NCBI GenBank assembly: GCA_016194335.1
Contig: JACQBR010000001.1
Coordinates: forward strand, 19,460-83,459
Reading direction: 5' to 3'
Source of the DNA: Candidatus Micrarchaeota archaeon
GTDB lineage: Archaea > Micrarchaeota > Micrarchaeia > Norongarragalinales > UBA97
DNA length: 64,000 nt
This document shows positions 1-10,324 of the stretch, in pieces (within the stretch, counting starts at the first letter, position 1; each line of letters begins with the position of its first letter). A program made the position numbers and the translations under genes. Under the pieces are notes generated by a model, which was not told the DNA's origin, searched no databases, and worked only from the letters and a program-made list of their open reading frames with translations.

Positions 1-4
1 CGCC

Positions 5-2245
5 TTGAAGGGGGGCGGGGGCGAATCGTTCATAGTAAGCAGCACCCTGCGGCCCGACACCGTGTTCGGAATCACCAACATGTTCGTCAACCCTTCGGCC
101 GAGTACGTGCGGGCTTTCGTCACCCTTCCCGATGGAAGGCGCGAGCAGTGGATGGTGAGCGCGAAGGCGGCGGAAAAAATCGGGTTGCAGGGAAAGAAAG
201 TGGAGATTCTCGAGAGGTTCGCTGGCGAGAGGCTGGTCGGGAAGGAGATTGAGGACCCCACTGGAAAGAGGATTCCAATCCTGCCGGCCTCTTTTGTCGA
301 CCCCGACCACGCGTCGGGATTCGTCCACAGCGTGCCAGGCCACGCGCCGTTGGACTACGCCGCGATTGAGGAGCTGAGGCGCGATTCGAAAACGCTGGAG
401 AAATTCGCTTCCGTGGGCCTCAAACAATTGGTCGACTCAATCGTGCCCATCGCGGTCATCGAGGTTCCCGGCTTCGGGCAGTTTCCCGCAGGCGAGCTCT
501 GCCAGAGGCTGAAAGTCGCGAACACGAGGGAGAGGGGAAAGCTCGAGAAGGCAACGCAGGAGCTTTACAAGAAGGAGTTTTACGAGGGGAAGCTCCTTCC
601 CGTCAACGGCAAGTTCGCGGGAATGTCCGTGCAGCAGGCGAAGGCCGGAATGGCCGAGTGGCTCGTCGGGCAGGGCAAGGCTGACTGGCTTTACGAAACA
701 TCCCGCCCCGCGGTTTGCCGCTGCGGCGGGGAGGTCGCCTGCGCCGTGCTTTGCGACCAGTGGTTTATCGACTACAATTCCGGCGGCTGGAAGGAAAAGG
801 CCCGGCTTGCCCTTTCGCGCATGCAAATCCATCCGGGGATTTACCGCAAGCAGTTCGAGGACGTTTTCGAATGGCTTGACAAGCGGCCGTGCGCGAGGCG
901 CCGCGGGCTGGGCACGCGCCTGCCGTTCAACCACGAGTGGATAATCGAGAGCCTTTCGGACTCCACAATCTACATGGCGTTCTACGCCGTAATCAAGAAC
1001 ATCCGCAAGCACTCGCTGAGGCCCAGCCAGCTCACGCCTGAATTTTTCGACTTCGTCTACCTCGGGGAGGGCGACGCTTCAAAAATCGCGGGGGTGCTGG
1101 GCACCACGCCCGCCGTGCTTGACGAGGTGCGCTCGGAATTCCTCTACTGGTATCCCAACGACCTCCGCCACACCGGCGTCGCCCACGTCACCAACCACCT
1201 CAGCTTCTTCATTTTCGCCCACGCGGCAATCTTTTCGCCAGAGCACTGGCCAAAGGGCATCAGCCTCAACGAGCTGGTGGTGAGCGAGGGGAGCAAGATG
1301 AGCAAGAGCAAGGGCAACGTCGTTCTCCTCAACAAAATCTCCGGCGCGGGAGGTGCCGACGTCTTCCGCCTCTATGCCGCGGGCTCCGCCGATTTCGGCA
1401 GCGTGCTTGACTACCGCGCGAGGGAAGTCGAATCGACCCGCAAGGCGCTCAACAAGTACATAGCGTCAATCCTCAAACTTGTCGAATTGAAGAAGACGGC
1501 AAGTGCGTCAAACAACAAGCCCGGCACCCAAAATTCCAGCGCATCGCAGTGGTTCCTCTCCAAATTCGAATCCGCCATCGCCCAGGGCACCAGGGCTTTG
1601 GAAGAACTGCGCCTTCGCGACTACATCCAAACTGCATTCTACGCCATGCAGAACGACTTCGACTATTTCGTCCGCCGCGCAAGCGCGCAGGAAATCGCCT
1701 CAGTGGCGCCGCTGGTTGCCGACCGCTGGATTGCCCTTCTCGCGCCCGTCATCCCCCACACTTGCGAGGAGCTCTGGGAAATTTCCGGGGGAGAGGGATT
1801 TGCCAGCTTGGCCCCGTGGCCCGCTTGCGATGCCAAGAAAATCGACCCCAAACTGGAGATTCAGGAAGACCTTGTCGTCGGGGTGATTGCAGACGCGCGC
1901 AAAATCGAGTCGCTACTCCGGAGGAAGCCGAAGAAAGTGAGCGTGATTGTCGCGTCGAAGGAAAAGCAGGACAAGTTGGCGGAGACAATCGCCCAAAACG
2001 ATTCCCTCGAAACTGCGCTTGCAAAAACTTCCGACATCGTGATGAAGGCTTATCTGGAAAAGGAGTTTTATTCCCTCAAGTCCCGCGGGATGAATGAAAT
2101 CGACGAGGCGGCGGTGCTTGCGGCCGCTTCGCAATTCATCTCAAAGGAACTCGCCTGCGAGGTCGCGGTCGAGCGGGAGGAAGCGAGCGCGAACGAAAGG
2201 AAGGCAAAGGCAATGCCGTTGCGGCCGGCGATTGTGCTGGAGTAG
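5..2245 (+). CDS. leuS: leucyl-tRNA synthetase, C-terminal ~746 aa (N-terminus lies outside window)
   Basis: ORF 5..2245; class I aaRS KMSKS motif (KMSKSKGN); archaeal/eukaryal-type LeuRS signature LSDSTIYMAFYAV; no upstream start in window. Confidence 0.85.
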   Translation: MKGGGGESFIVSSTLRPDTVFGITNMFVNPSAEYVRAFVTLPDGRREQWMVSAKAAEKIGLQGKKVEILERFAGERLVGKEIEDPTGKRIPILPASFVDPDHASGFVHSVPGHAPLDYAAIEELRRDSKTLEKFASVGLKQLVDSIVPIAVIEVPGFGQFPAGELCQRLKVANTRERGKLEKATQELYKKEFYEGKLLPVNGKFAGMSVQQAKAGMAEWLVGQGKADWLYETSRPAVCRCGGEVACAVLCDQWFIDYNSGGWKEKARLALSRMQIHPGIYRKQFEDVFEWLDKRPCARRRGLGTRLPFNHEWIIESLSDSTIYMAFYAVIKNIRKHSLRPSQLTPEFFDFVYLGEGDASKIAGVLGTTPAVLDEVRSEFLYWYPNDLRHTGVAHVTNHLSFFIFAHAAIFSPEHWPKGISLNELVVSEGSKMSKSKGNVVLLNKISGAGGADVFRLYAAGSADFGSVLDYRAREVESTRKALNKYIASILKLVELKKTASASNNKPGTQNSSASQWFLSKFESAIAQGTRALEELRLRDYIQTAFYAMQNDFDYFVRRASAQEIASVAPLVADRWIALLAPVIPHTCEELWEISGGEGFASLAPWPACDAKKIDPKLEIQEDLVVGVIADARKIESLLRRKPKKVSVIVASKEKQDKLAETIAQNDSLETALAKTSDIVMKAYLEKEFYSLKSRGMNEIDEAAVLAAASQFISKELACEVAVEREEASANERKAKAMPLRPAIVLE

Positions 2246-2247
2246 TT

Positions 2248-3057
2248 CTAGGCGCCACTTGTCGCAGGCTTGAGCCGGAATGGAGCAAACACGAATCGGG
2301 CCTTAGGTTTTGTTTCCTTCGCTCTCTTCGGGGGCTTTTGAATCTCGAAGCGCGTACGCTGAATCAGGGGAGCGTGCCACGAGGACCATTCCCTGATTTT
2401 TTCCCAACCTTCTTTTTTGGAGAGCGAAGGGTGCCTCAGCAGGATCAGGTTTCCCGCGTTATCCGCCATGCCGTAATGATAGTGTTGGAGAAGCTGCGGT
2501 GCATCCTGCCTTGCGAAGGGAGATTCCTCAGTCTCGCCAATTTCCCTGATTGTCCTGCCAATGCGCTTGGTGAGCACCGTCGTCGGGTAATATGGCGCAA
2601 GAATGCTGAAATAAACGAAACTGGTGTTGATAAGGTCATCAATAAGGTTTCTATACCTTCTTACAGGGATGCGGGGGATTGCGGTAATGATTCCCGTGGA
2701 AATTGCTAGGGGGTTCTGGTATTGAAGAAATTGGGAAATAGCGGCAACTCCAGCTGAATTGGTCACTATGGTTGCTCTGGCTACGTTAACCCGCTTGCGC
2801 AATTCATCAACCTTATCCTTGAGTTCTGGGTGCAACTGTTCGTATGGAATCACTTCATGCTCAAATGGCAGCGTTGTTCTCCCAAACCTGAAGTATAGCC
2901 TCGGCCGAGGGGGGGGCGGTTGGTTTCTGTTGGGGCTCCAAGTCCCCTTCGTGTTTTTGGGGTTTCGAGTCTTTCCCTGGTTTTTCCATCTCTGCGTTTT
3001 CCCCCGGTTTTTCCGGCCTTCCGCCCTCTTTTGGCGGTTGAGGTTCTTTCCTGCCAA
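2248..3057 (-). CDS. hypothetical protein with basic low-complexity N-terminal ~60 aa
   Basis: ORF 269 aa convergent with leuS; C-terminal 200 aa non-repetitive, N-terminus K/R/N/P-rich; no recognised motif; true start uncertain. Confidence 0.35.
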   Translation of the reverse strand: MAGKNLNRQKRAEGRKNRGKTQRWKNQGKTRNPKNTKGTWSPNRNQPPPPRPRLYFRFGRTTLPFEHEVIPYEQLHPELKDKVDELRKRVNVARATIVTNSAGVAAISQFLQYQNPLAISTGIITAIPRIPVRRYRNLIDDLINTSFVYFSILAPYYPTTVLTKRIGRTIREIGETEESPFARQDAPQLLQHYHYGMADNAGNLILLRHPSLSKKEGWEKIREWSSWHAPLIQRTRFEIQKPPKRAKETKPKARFVFAPFRLKPATSGA

Positions 3058-3162
3058 ATCGTTTCAGGTTCATTCCGCTCCCTTCCCACAGTTAACATCC
3101 TCCCGCTATTTTTATTACCAGCCCCTCCCTAATCCCCTCCAGCAAAAGGTGGCGTTCTCCCT

Positions 3163-6100
3163 ATGGTCGGCGAGTCGGTTGTGAAGAGCGAGGGCGGCAA
3201 GCGCAGGCTTGTGATCAACTACAAGGGCAGTCCCTACGGGGCGGACATTGCGCAGTATCCCCAGGTGATGAAGGACGTTGTCGAGCGCCTGCAGATTGCC
3301 GACGTTAACGAGGTCGTGCTTTCGGAGTATTACGAGCGGATTTACGGCGAGGAGCAGACGCGCTACCTCAAGCAGATTGCGGACTTGATTTCGCGCCTGG
3401 AAAGCGACGCGGTGTGGAGCCCGAGCCACCTCGGCCTTTCCACGCAGACCAAGACCATCGCCCCTCGGCACGACGCGGTCCTCAACGTCCTGAACAACCT
3501 GCGTTCCGACCCTTTCAAGGCATACCTCTCCCTCCTTTCTGAAGTGAAGGCAGCCACCGCCCAATTTTCGGCTCTCTCGGGCGAGGACGCGGAGGACTTG
3601 CAGGTTTACCTCAAGACGCTTGAGTTCATGCGCTCTGAAGTTGAGAAGCTCGATCTTGTCAAGGCCATGCGCCAGTATGTCACGCAGCTGGGCAGGCTTC
3701 CGGCCGACCGGGGGATTTACCAGTCGTTTTTCGAGGTTTCCATCAAGCCCAGCTTCATCGGCTCGCGCATCTTCTTCACCGGAACTGAAAACCTCGAGCT
3801 TGTAGACCAGTATTCCGTGCTGGGGAGCAAGGTCTACATCTACAAGCACCCCGACAAGGTGGAATGCCTCTACTTCATCAACCCGCCCGAATACACACTT
3901 TCTCCCGAAAAATATTTTCTCCTTGAGAAGACCAAGGAAGTAGTCGCCGGCCACCGGCCCACGGGTGAGGGCGCGAGCTTTTTTGACATCGGTCAGGCGC
4001 GGCAATATTTCCACAAGATTTACGTAGCCACCATTTCCGACCTCGCGGCTAAAAACAAGATTTCCCTCACTGTGGAGGAGAAGGAGGAGCTTGCGGCAAT
4101 CGTCTCGCGCTACACAATCGGCTATGGCGTGATGGAAGTCCTGCTTTCCGACAGGCAGCTCACCGACGTTTACGTCGACGCGCCCCTTGGGGTAAAGCCG
4201 ATTTACCTCGTGCACGGCAAGTACGGCCAGTGCCAGACGAACATCGTCTTTTCCGACGAGGAGGCGCGCTCGCTCGTCTCGCGCTTCCGCGCTCTTTCCG
4301 GAAGGCCTTTTGACGAGGCGCACCCCATCCTCGACTTCGACCTCGAGGACCTCCAGACGCGCATCGCCGTCATCGGCAAGCCGCTTTCCCTTGACGGGAT
4401 TGCATTCGCATTCCGCCTTCACAAGGAACAGCCTTGGACCCTGCCCCAATTCCTGGACGCGAAAATGATGACGCCCACTGCCGCGGGGCTCTTCTCGTTC
4501 TTCGTTGACGCTCAGGCGAGCATGCTCATAGTCGGCTCGAGAGGCTCTGGAAAAACCAGTCTGCTCCAGTCGCTCATGCAGGAGATTCCGCAGAATTTGA
4601 GGCTGATTGTGCAAGAAGACACGCAAGAACTCCCAATTCCCGCCCTCAAGCGCCTCGGGTTCAACATACAGAGAATGAAAACAAGGCCGCCGCTTGGAAA
4701 GCAGAGCGAGGCGGAAGTAAGCGCCGAGGACGCGTTGCGCACCGCGTTGCGCCTTGGTGACAGCGTGCTCATCGTCGGGGAAGTGCGCAGTTCAATCCGC
4801 GGCGACCAGGAAGTTCTTGTTATCGAGAATGGAATGACCAAGCGCATTCCGATAAGGGAGCTTGAAGGGAAGAACGTGGAGACTTTCAAGGTGCCCACAC
4901 TCGGTTTTGACCTCAGGTGCAAAGTTTCAGCGCTTTCCGGATTCGTGAAGCATCCCGAACGCAGCAAGCTGGTGGAAATCACTACGAAGACCGGAAGGAA
5001 GGTTACCGTAACGCACGACCACTCCCTCTTCACTTCGACTCGGGATTTCAAGGTAGCGGCAATCGAATGCAAGGATCTCAGAGAAGGAGATCAATTGGTG
5101 ATTCCGTCAACAATCCCCTGCGGGTTCAACGACGTGGAGTTCATCAACGTCTTTGACATGCTGCCGGAATTCAGGGTGCAGAATTTCGAGGAACCGATGA
5201 GGCGGGCTATTGCGAAAACAGGCTGGCGCGAGGCAACTAGAGTTGCGGAGGTCAAAACTGGCGACATCTACAATTATTACCGGACCAACCAAAAGTCATA
5301 TCCGACCCTCGCCCAGTTTTCCAGCGTAATGCAGCTTGCCGGTGAGAAAATCGATTTCGGGCACCTGCAAGTAAGGCGCGGGTCGAGCAATCCGATTCCG
5401 GCAATAATTCCCGTCGATGAGGATTTCTGCAAGTTTTTAGGTTACTACGTCTCTGAAGGATATTACCGCCGCGAGAAAAAAGGAGGGGGCGCCGTCGTCC
5501 TCACCAATTCCAACGAAGTTCTTCTTGCGGACATGAAGGGGATGTCGCGCTTCGTTTTTGACGTTGAGCCTTTGGAACGCGAAGTGCACGGCGCAGGCAC
5601 CAGCACTCAAGTCCAAATCAACAGCGCGCCTCTCATTGCCCTCGTGGAAAGACTCGGCGGGGGTAGGATATGCACGCAAAAGCGGGTGCCGCCGTTGATA
5701 TTCGGCCTGAGCAAGCCTAAGATTGCCGCATTCCTGCGGGCGCTTTACAGTGGAGACGGCAACATCACCACAAGCTTGCGGTCTGGCAATGCCATCAGTT
5801 ATTTCACCACCTCGCAAAAACTCGCCGAGGACGTGGCGTATCTCCTTATGGTTTTCGGGATAGTCGCGAGAATAAATTCCCGCCAGCCAAAGGTTGGCAA
5901 CAGGCTATGGGTTGTGGAGTTCAAAGACCGCCAGATGGTGGAGCGGTTCATGTCCGAAATAGGGTTCGTGCAGAAAAACAAGCCGTTGGTTAAGATGGCT
6001 TGGGCGCACACCCGGTCGAGCACGGTGTATTTCGAGAAAGACGCGCTTAGAAAGCATCTTACTAAATATCCCAGGGAGCACCGCCACCTTTTCCGCTCCC

Positions 6101-6951
6101 TTAGGTGCAGCAAGAACTATCTGAAAAGGGTGGCGAACGACCCGCGCTGCGAAGTTTCTGACGAGCTCAAGCTTTTCGCAAATGGGGAGTTCTACCTCGA
6201 TGAAATCATAGGCGTGAAGGAAATAGAGCTTGAGGCACCCGAGCCGGTTTACGACCTTAGCGTCTCGCCCTCGCAGAATTTCATAGGCGGTTTTGGCGGA
6301 ATCCTCCTTCACAACACCGAGGCCAAGGCTCTCTATGAGGCCATGCGCGTCGGCGCGGTTGGCAACGTGGTGATGGGGACGATTCACGGCGAGAGCGCGT
6401 ATAGCATCTGGGACAGGGTCGTCAACGACCTCGGCGTGCCCACGACTTCATTCAAGGCAACCGACTTCGCCATCGTCGGCGCGCCCATCCGCTTCAAGGG
6501 CAGCCTCAAGCGCAACCGCCGCATCATCGAAGTTACGGAAGTGAAGAAGCACTGGGAGAAAGACCCGGGGGCGGAGAACGGCTTTTTGCAGTGGATGCAG
6601 TTCGACGCCGAGAAGGACGCGCTGGAGTTTCTTGACGACAACCTCCGCCAGAGCGAGTGGGTGCAGCGCGTGCGCAAAATCCGCGGCCTCACCATCGAGG
6701 AGATTCTCGGCGAGGTGAATGCGCGCTCTGCGGCAAAACAATTCCTTGTCGACGCGGCCCGCGAGCATTCCGTCCCCAACTTCCTCGAGGCGACCTACAC
6801 CATCCGCGCGCACAACAAGTACCTGCTCTTCGAGGAGAGGCAGCGAGAGGAGTTCGGAAGCGTGGACTTCAAGGAACTGATGGAATCGTACCGGCAGTGG
6901 GTTTCCTCAACCCTTTTGCGCGAGGCGATTGCACAGAAGAGTTCGGGTTAG
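3163..6951 (+). CDS. type II/IV secretion-family (PilB/FlaI/TadA-like) pilus assembly ATPase, intein-containing precursor
   Basis: 1262-aa ORF; Walker A GSRGSGKTS; conserved box LIVGEVR...TEAKALYEAMRVG...GTIHG split by an intein; long (~480 aa) N-terminal domain; followed by platform membrane protein and pilins. Confidence 0.85.
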   Translation: MVGESVVKSEGGKRRLVINYKGSPYGADIAQYPQVMKDVVERLQIADVNEVVLSEYYERIYGEEQTRYLKQIADLISRLESDAVWSPSHLGLSTQTKTIAPRHDAVLNVLNNLRSDPFKAYLSLLSEVKAATAQFSALSGEDAEDLQVYLKTLEFMRSEVEKLDLVKAMRQYVTQLGRLPADRGIYQSFFEVSIKPSFIGSRIFFTGTENLELVDQYSVLGSKVYIYKHPDKVECLYFINPPEYTLSPEKYFLLEKTKEVVAGHRPTGEGASFFDIGQARQYFHKIYVATISDLAAKNKISLTVEEKEELAAIVSRYTIGYGVMEVLLSDRQLTDVYVDAPLGVKPIYLVHGKYGQCQTNIVFSDEEARSLVSRFRALSGRPFDEAHPILDFDLEDLQTRIAVIGKPLSLDGIAFAFRLHKEQPWTLPQFLDAKMMTPTAAGLFSFFVDAQASMLIVGSRGSGKTSLLQSLMQEIPQNLRLIVQEDTQELPIPALKRLGFNIQRMKTRPPLGKQSEAEVSAEDALRTALRLGDSVLIVGEVRSSIRGDQEVLVIENGMTKRIPIRELEGKNVETFKVPTLGFDLRCKVSALSGFVKHPERSKLVEITTKTGRKVTVTHDHSLFTSTRDFKVAAIECKDLREGDQLVIPSTIPCGFNDVEFINVFDMLPEFRVQNFEEPMRRAIAKTGWREATRVAEVKTGDIYNYYRTNQKSYPTLAQFSSVMQLAGEKIDFGHLQVRRGSSNPIPAIIPVDEDFCKFLGYYVSEGYYRREKKGGGAVVLTNSNEVLLADMKGMSRFVFDVEPLEREVHGAGTSTQVQINSAPLIALVERLGGGRICTQKRVPPLIFGLSKPKIAAFLRALYSGDGNITTSLRSGNAISYFTTSQKLAEDVAYLLMVFGIVARINSRQPKVGNRLWVVEFKDRQMVERFMSEIGFVQKNKPLVKMAWAHTRSSTVYFEKDALRKHLTKYPREHRHLFRSLRCSKNYLKRVANDPRCEVSDELKLFANGEFYLDEIIGVKEIELEAPEPVYDLSVSPSQNFIGGFGGILLHNTEAKALYEAMRVGAVGNVVMGTIHGESAYSIWDRVVNDLGVPTTSFKATDFAIVGAPIRFKGSLKRNRRIIEVTEVKKHWEKDPGAENGFLQWMQFDAEKDALEFLDDNLRQSEWVQRVRKIRGLTIEEILGEVNARSAAKQFLVDAAREHSVPNFLEATYTIRAHNKYLLFEERQREEFGSVDFKELMESYRQWVSSTLLREAIAQKSSG
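4792..6315 (+). other. intein (~508 aa) with LAGLIDADG homing endonuclease domain, inside the ATPase gene
   Basis: Block A SIRGDQEVLVIENG..IRELEG, block B TVTHDHSLFT, LAGLIDADG motifs LGYYVSEGYY and LRALYSGDGNI, block G VYDLSVSPSQNFIGGFGGILLHN + Thr(+1); boundaries approx +/-1 codon. Confidence 0.8.
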
Positions 6952-7316
6952 GGCTTGACACTGGCGATAATCCGGAAGATTTCCTTTTTCTCCCACTTAT
7001 ATTTTTTCGCCTCTTCCTCCCCGTTTCGCTCGGCGAGTTCTGAAAGCACCTCGCCGTTTTGATTCACGCTGCGAACCCCCCGTCTGAAAGTCAGTTCAAG
7101 CGGCCGCCCGGATTCCTTTCCCGCCTCCTCGTTCCAGTCCTTAAGCGCCTCGGCCGCCAGCATCTTGAGTTTACGGATTCCGTATTCCCTTTCAAATGCA
7201 GGCAGGTTCACCACTACCAATTGCCCTTCGTTCGGGTTCCCACGGTCGGGGGGAATCCGGATGTGCCTTGAATCGTTCGCGCCGTAGTGGATGAGTTCGA
7301 GGAACGCTCTTGGCAT
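6948..7316 (-). CDS. hypothetical small protein (122 aa) between ATPase and platform genes
   Basis: ORF on opposite strand filling the 430-nt gap; no recognised motif. Confidence 0.4.
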   Translation of the reverse strand: MPRAFLELIHYGANDSRHIRIPPDRGNPNEGQLVVVNLPAFEREYGIRKLKMLAAEALKDWNEEAGKESGRPLELTFRRGVRSVNQNGEVLSELAERNGEEEAKKYKWEKKEIFRIIASVKP

Positions 7317-7383
7317 GAATCAATTTTCCCACGCCTTGGAATAAATACCCTACCAATAAAAACCGCCGCCTCCTTCTCATTCC

Positions 7384-9492
7384 ATGGCAAGAAGGGACGA
7401 GCCGCAGGGCCTCTACTCCGAAGCGGGAGGCAGGCAGAAGCGCGTAATTGCCAAGCCCGTCGAGGTTCCCGGCGGGTGGTTCGTGCCGTTCACCAAGCGC
7501 TTGGGCAAAAGCTTCCGCTCGTTCGGCAGGGGAAGCAAATTCTCTCCCGAGCAGCAGCAGGCAATCGACTTTTTGCGCTGGGACGTTGACGGACAGGACG
7601 TTTACGGCATCTACAAGGGCATCATTTTCGGCGGGGTGGCAATTGCCATCCTGCTTTCGCTCATCGTTTATCTCCAGCAGGAGGACATTCTTTTTGCAGG
7701 CGCGGCCGGGGGCTTCGTTGCAATCGCGGCGCTCGGCCTTTCCTACGCCTACCTCACCACGCCCACGCGCACTGCCGATGACGAGCGCAAGCAGGCGATC
7801 GCGTACATTCCCGAAATCGTCAATTACCTCGTGATGAACATGCGCCTCTCCCCCAACCTGGAGAAGGCCGTTGAATTCGCCGCAACGCACGGGAGGGGAA
7901 AAATCGCCGATGACCTGCGCAAGCTGATTTGGGACGTGCAGATCGGCGTCCATTCAAGCGTTGAGGAGGGGCTGGACGACCTCGCATACAGGTGGGGCGC
8001 TTACAACGATGATTTCAAGCACGCCCTCATGCTCATCCGCGCTTCCCTGCTGGAGGGCGAGGAGGCCAAGCGCGAGGAGATGCTTGCGCGCGCAAGCGCC
8101 GACGTGCTGGAAGGGAGCAAGGAGAAGATGGACGTCTACGCCCGGCAGCTCCACCAGCCGACGGTGTACCTCTATTACTTCGGCATCCTCCTCCCCCTCA
8201 TGCTCGCTATTGTCCTGCCGATTGCAAGCGGGGTGGTCAAGGGCCTTCCCCTCCAGGGCGTGCTTCCCTTCATCCTCATTTACGACGTCGGCCTGCCGCT
8301 TTTCGTCTACGTCTTTGCAAAAAGCATCATCGGCTCGCGCCCCCCGACTTACGTGCCCCCCGAAATTCCCGAAAACTTCCCCGGCCTTCCCCCGTCGTGG
8401 GCGGTCCAAATCGGGAGGTTTCGCTTTCCCTACCTGCCCCTTGCACTCGGGCTTGTGGCACTTTCCCTTTTTGCCGGCGTGGTTCTGGACCAGCAGGCGA
8501 TTGACGCCACAAAAGGCAACCTCGCCATTCTCGAGACCGACAAGGCCGTCGATGCCATCCCCCACGTCGTCATCCCCTTCATTGACTTGAAAGTCTATTC
8601 GTTCACCATCTTCGGCGCGCTGGTGGGCCTCTCGCTTTTCGTCAGCATCTATCTTCTCGGAAAATACCGCGCGCGCAAGAAGATGCAGGACGAGGTCCGC
8701 TCGATGGAAGTCGAGTTCAAGGACGCGATGTATGTCCTCGCCTCGCGCCTTGGCGAAAACCGGCCAATGGAGGACGCGCTGAAGCACTCGATCGAGTTCC
8801 TCCCAAAAAGCGCGGTTGCCAACCGGATTTTCAGGCGCGTCCTGGACAACATCACCCAGCTTGGAATGACGATGGACGGGGCGATTTTCGACCCCAACTA
8901 CGGCGCCATCCGCGACATCCCATCCGACGTAATACGCGGGGGCATGCGCATCATGGTGGACAGCGTGCAGCTGGGAGTGAACGTCGCGGCCATTTCCCTC
9001 ATCAACCTCGCGATGCAAATCCGCAACGCCCAGAAGATTGACGAGATGCTCAAGCGCCTGCTTGAGGACGTCACCACGATGCTCAAGACCATGGGCACCT
9101 TCATCGCGCCGATTGTGCTTGCCGTGGTCACATCACTGCAGCGCGTGATTCTCAATTCCCTCACGAGCAACTGCGGCGATTCGGCAAGCCAGGCCGTTTC
9201 CTCCACCGCGTCGCAGGCGGCAGGCGGCGCGCTGGGCAACACCGGAATCGCGCAGGTGTTCTGCAACATCGACCCCAAGACCACCGTCTCGACCGGGGAG
9301 TTCACCCTCGTGATGGGAGTCTACGTTCTGGAAATCGTCGTCCTCCTCACATACTTCAATTCGCAAATCGAGGACAGCAACAACAAGCTCCACTCCTACG
9401 TCAGCATCGCCTACTCGATGCCCGTTGCCGCCGCGCTCTTCAGCATCGTGGCGTACCTTGCAGGCTCGTTCCTTGCTGGCGCGGGAGGATAG
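7384..9492 (+). CDS. polytopic membrane protein, TadC/FlaJ-like type IV pilus platform protein
   Basis: 702-aa ORF directly after the ATPase; multiple long hydrophobic segments separated by soluble domains as in FlaJ/TadC; start uncertain. Confidence 0.6.
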   Translation: MARRDEPQGLYSEAGGRQKRVIAKPVEVPGGWFVPFTKRLGKSFRSFGRGSKFSPEQQQAIDFLRWDVDGQDVYGIYKGIIFGGVAIAILLSLIVYLQQEDILFAGAAGGFVAIAALGLSYAYLTTPTRTADDERKQAIAYIPEIVNYLVMNMRLSPNLEKAVEFAATHGRGKIADDLRKLIWDVQIGVHSSVEEGLDDLAYRWGAYNDDFKHALMLIRASLLEGEEAKREEMLARASADVLEGSKEKMDVYARQLHQPTVYLYYFGILLPLMLAIVLPIASGVVKGLPLQGVLPFILIYDVGLPLFVYVFAKSIIGSRPPTYVPPEIPENFPGLPPSWAVQIGRFRFPYLPLALGLVALSLFAGVVLDQQAIDATKGNLAILETDKAVDAIPHVVIPFIDLKVYSFTIFGALVGLSLFVSIYLLGKYRARKKMQDEVRSMEVEFKDAMYVLASRLGENRPMEDALKHSIEFLPKSAVANRIFRRVLDNITQLGMTMDGAIFDPNYGAIRDIPSDVIRGGMRIMVDSVQLGVNVAAISLINLAMQIRNAQKIDEMLKRLLEDVTTMLKTMGTFIAPIVLAVVTSLQRVILNSLTSNCGDSASQAVSSTASQAAGGALGNTGIAQVFCNIDPKTTVSTGEFTLVMGVYVLEIVVLLTYFNSQIEDSNNKLHSYVSIAYSMPVAAALFSIVAYLAGSFLAGAGG

Positions 9493-9563
9493 CCGCACTT
9501 TTTCCGGCGCTTTGGGGTATCTTTAAAAACCACCATTGCGTAAAAGCCTAAGACGCTTTAGAG

Positions 9564-10055
9564 GTGTTTCCCATCATGAAGAAATTCGCCCGAGGACAGG
9601 CTTTCGAAACGATGATGCTTGTCGTTTCCGTAATCGTGGCGCTCGCCATCCTCGCGGTGCTTATGGGTATTCTGACAAACATCAATCCAAACATCCAAAA
9701 CCAGCCTGACAAAGTAATGCACGATCAGCTTAAGGACATCGTCTCCAAAGGATATGGCTACTCCCAGCCGCAGAAAGTCGTAATCAACAAGGGAACCATA
9801 GTTGACAGCAAACAAGTAGTGGGAACGGACTTAGATTCAGTTAACGCCTCGGAGGTGCAGTTCCTTTTGGACGCAGGCATAACTTCAACCGACCTGCCCC
9901 GCTCCAAAACAAAGATCGGTCCCGCAGCTTCCAACATTGAAGTGTATATAGTCGTCTGCGGAGATGCGGCAGAAGGAGACCGGGGCAAGTATAGGATTGG
10001 ATTGGCACGCTCTGCAACCAAAGCCAGTACCGCCTGCGCCATTCCAACCGGCTAA
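9564..10055 (+). CDS. type IV pilin-like protein (class III signal peptide)
   Basis: N-terminus MKKFARGQAFETMMLVVSVIVALAILAVL: basic residues + G/Q + hydrophobic helix, prepilin-peptidase substrate-like. Confidence 0.6.
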   Translation: MFPIMKKFARGQAFETMMLVVSVIVALAILAVLMGILTNINPNIQNQPDKVMHDQLKDIVSKGYGYSQPQKVVINKGTIVDSKQVVGTDLDSVNASEVQFLLDAGITSTDLPRSKTKIGPAASNIEVYIVVCGDAAEGDRGKYRIGLARSATKASTACAIPTG

Positions 10056-10123
10056 ACTCTTCCTCTCGTTTTCCCCTTCTTTTTTATTCTCCCTCCCCTC
10101 TAGTGGTTAGGAGTGTTTTTGAA

Positions 10124-10291
10124 ATGAAGCGTGGAAGCGACTGGTCGCCGGTGTACATGGTCATAGTCGCGGTCATCGCGCTGATTGTCATCGTGAGCCT
10201 GATAAAACCCATCTTCGCAAACTCGGCAAGCCAGGCGGCGGGCAACATCAACGCGGCATCTGATTTCGCGAGGGGCGCGATTTTCCCGTAA
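10124..10291 (+). CDS. small pilin-like protein
   Basis: MKRGSDWSPVYMVIVAVIALIVIVSL class III signal-like N-terminus; 55 aa from internal Met of ORF 10103..10291. Confidence 0.5.
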   Translation: MKRGSDWSPVYMVIVAVIALIVIVSLIKPIFANSASQAAGNINAASDFARGAIFP

Positions 10292-10324
10292 GGCGCGCTT
10301 AAGGGGTTTTTTTAAAACCAGTTT

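Noticed and set aside
437-1012. 191-aa minus-strand ORF inside leuS
   Set aside because: It is antisense to leuS, which has clear KMSKS and LeuRS signatures. It is R/P/A-rich, typical of spurious GC-rich frames.
3115-4626. 503-aa minus-strand ORF (plus others at 4512..5072 and 5905..6387) overlapping the ATPase gene
   Set aside because: It is antisense to a strongly supported intein-containing ATPase ORF. High GC content generates long stop-free antisense frames, and there is no motif support.
7192-9018. Minus-strand ORFs 7192..7953 and 7954..9018 (253 and 354 aa)
   Set aside because: They are antisense to the FlaJ/TadC-like membrane protein gene. Their composition is low-complexity, Arg/Gly/Ala-rich.
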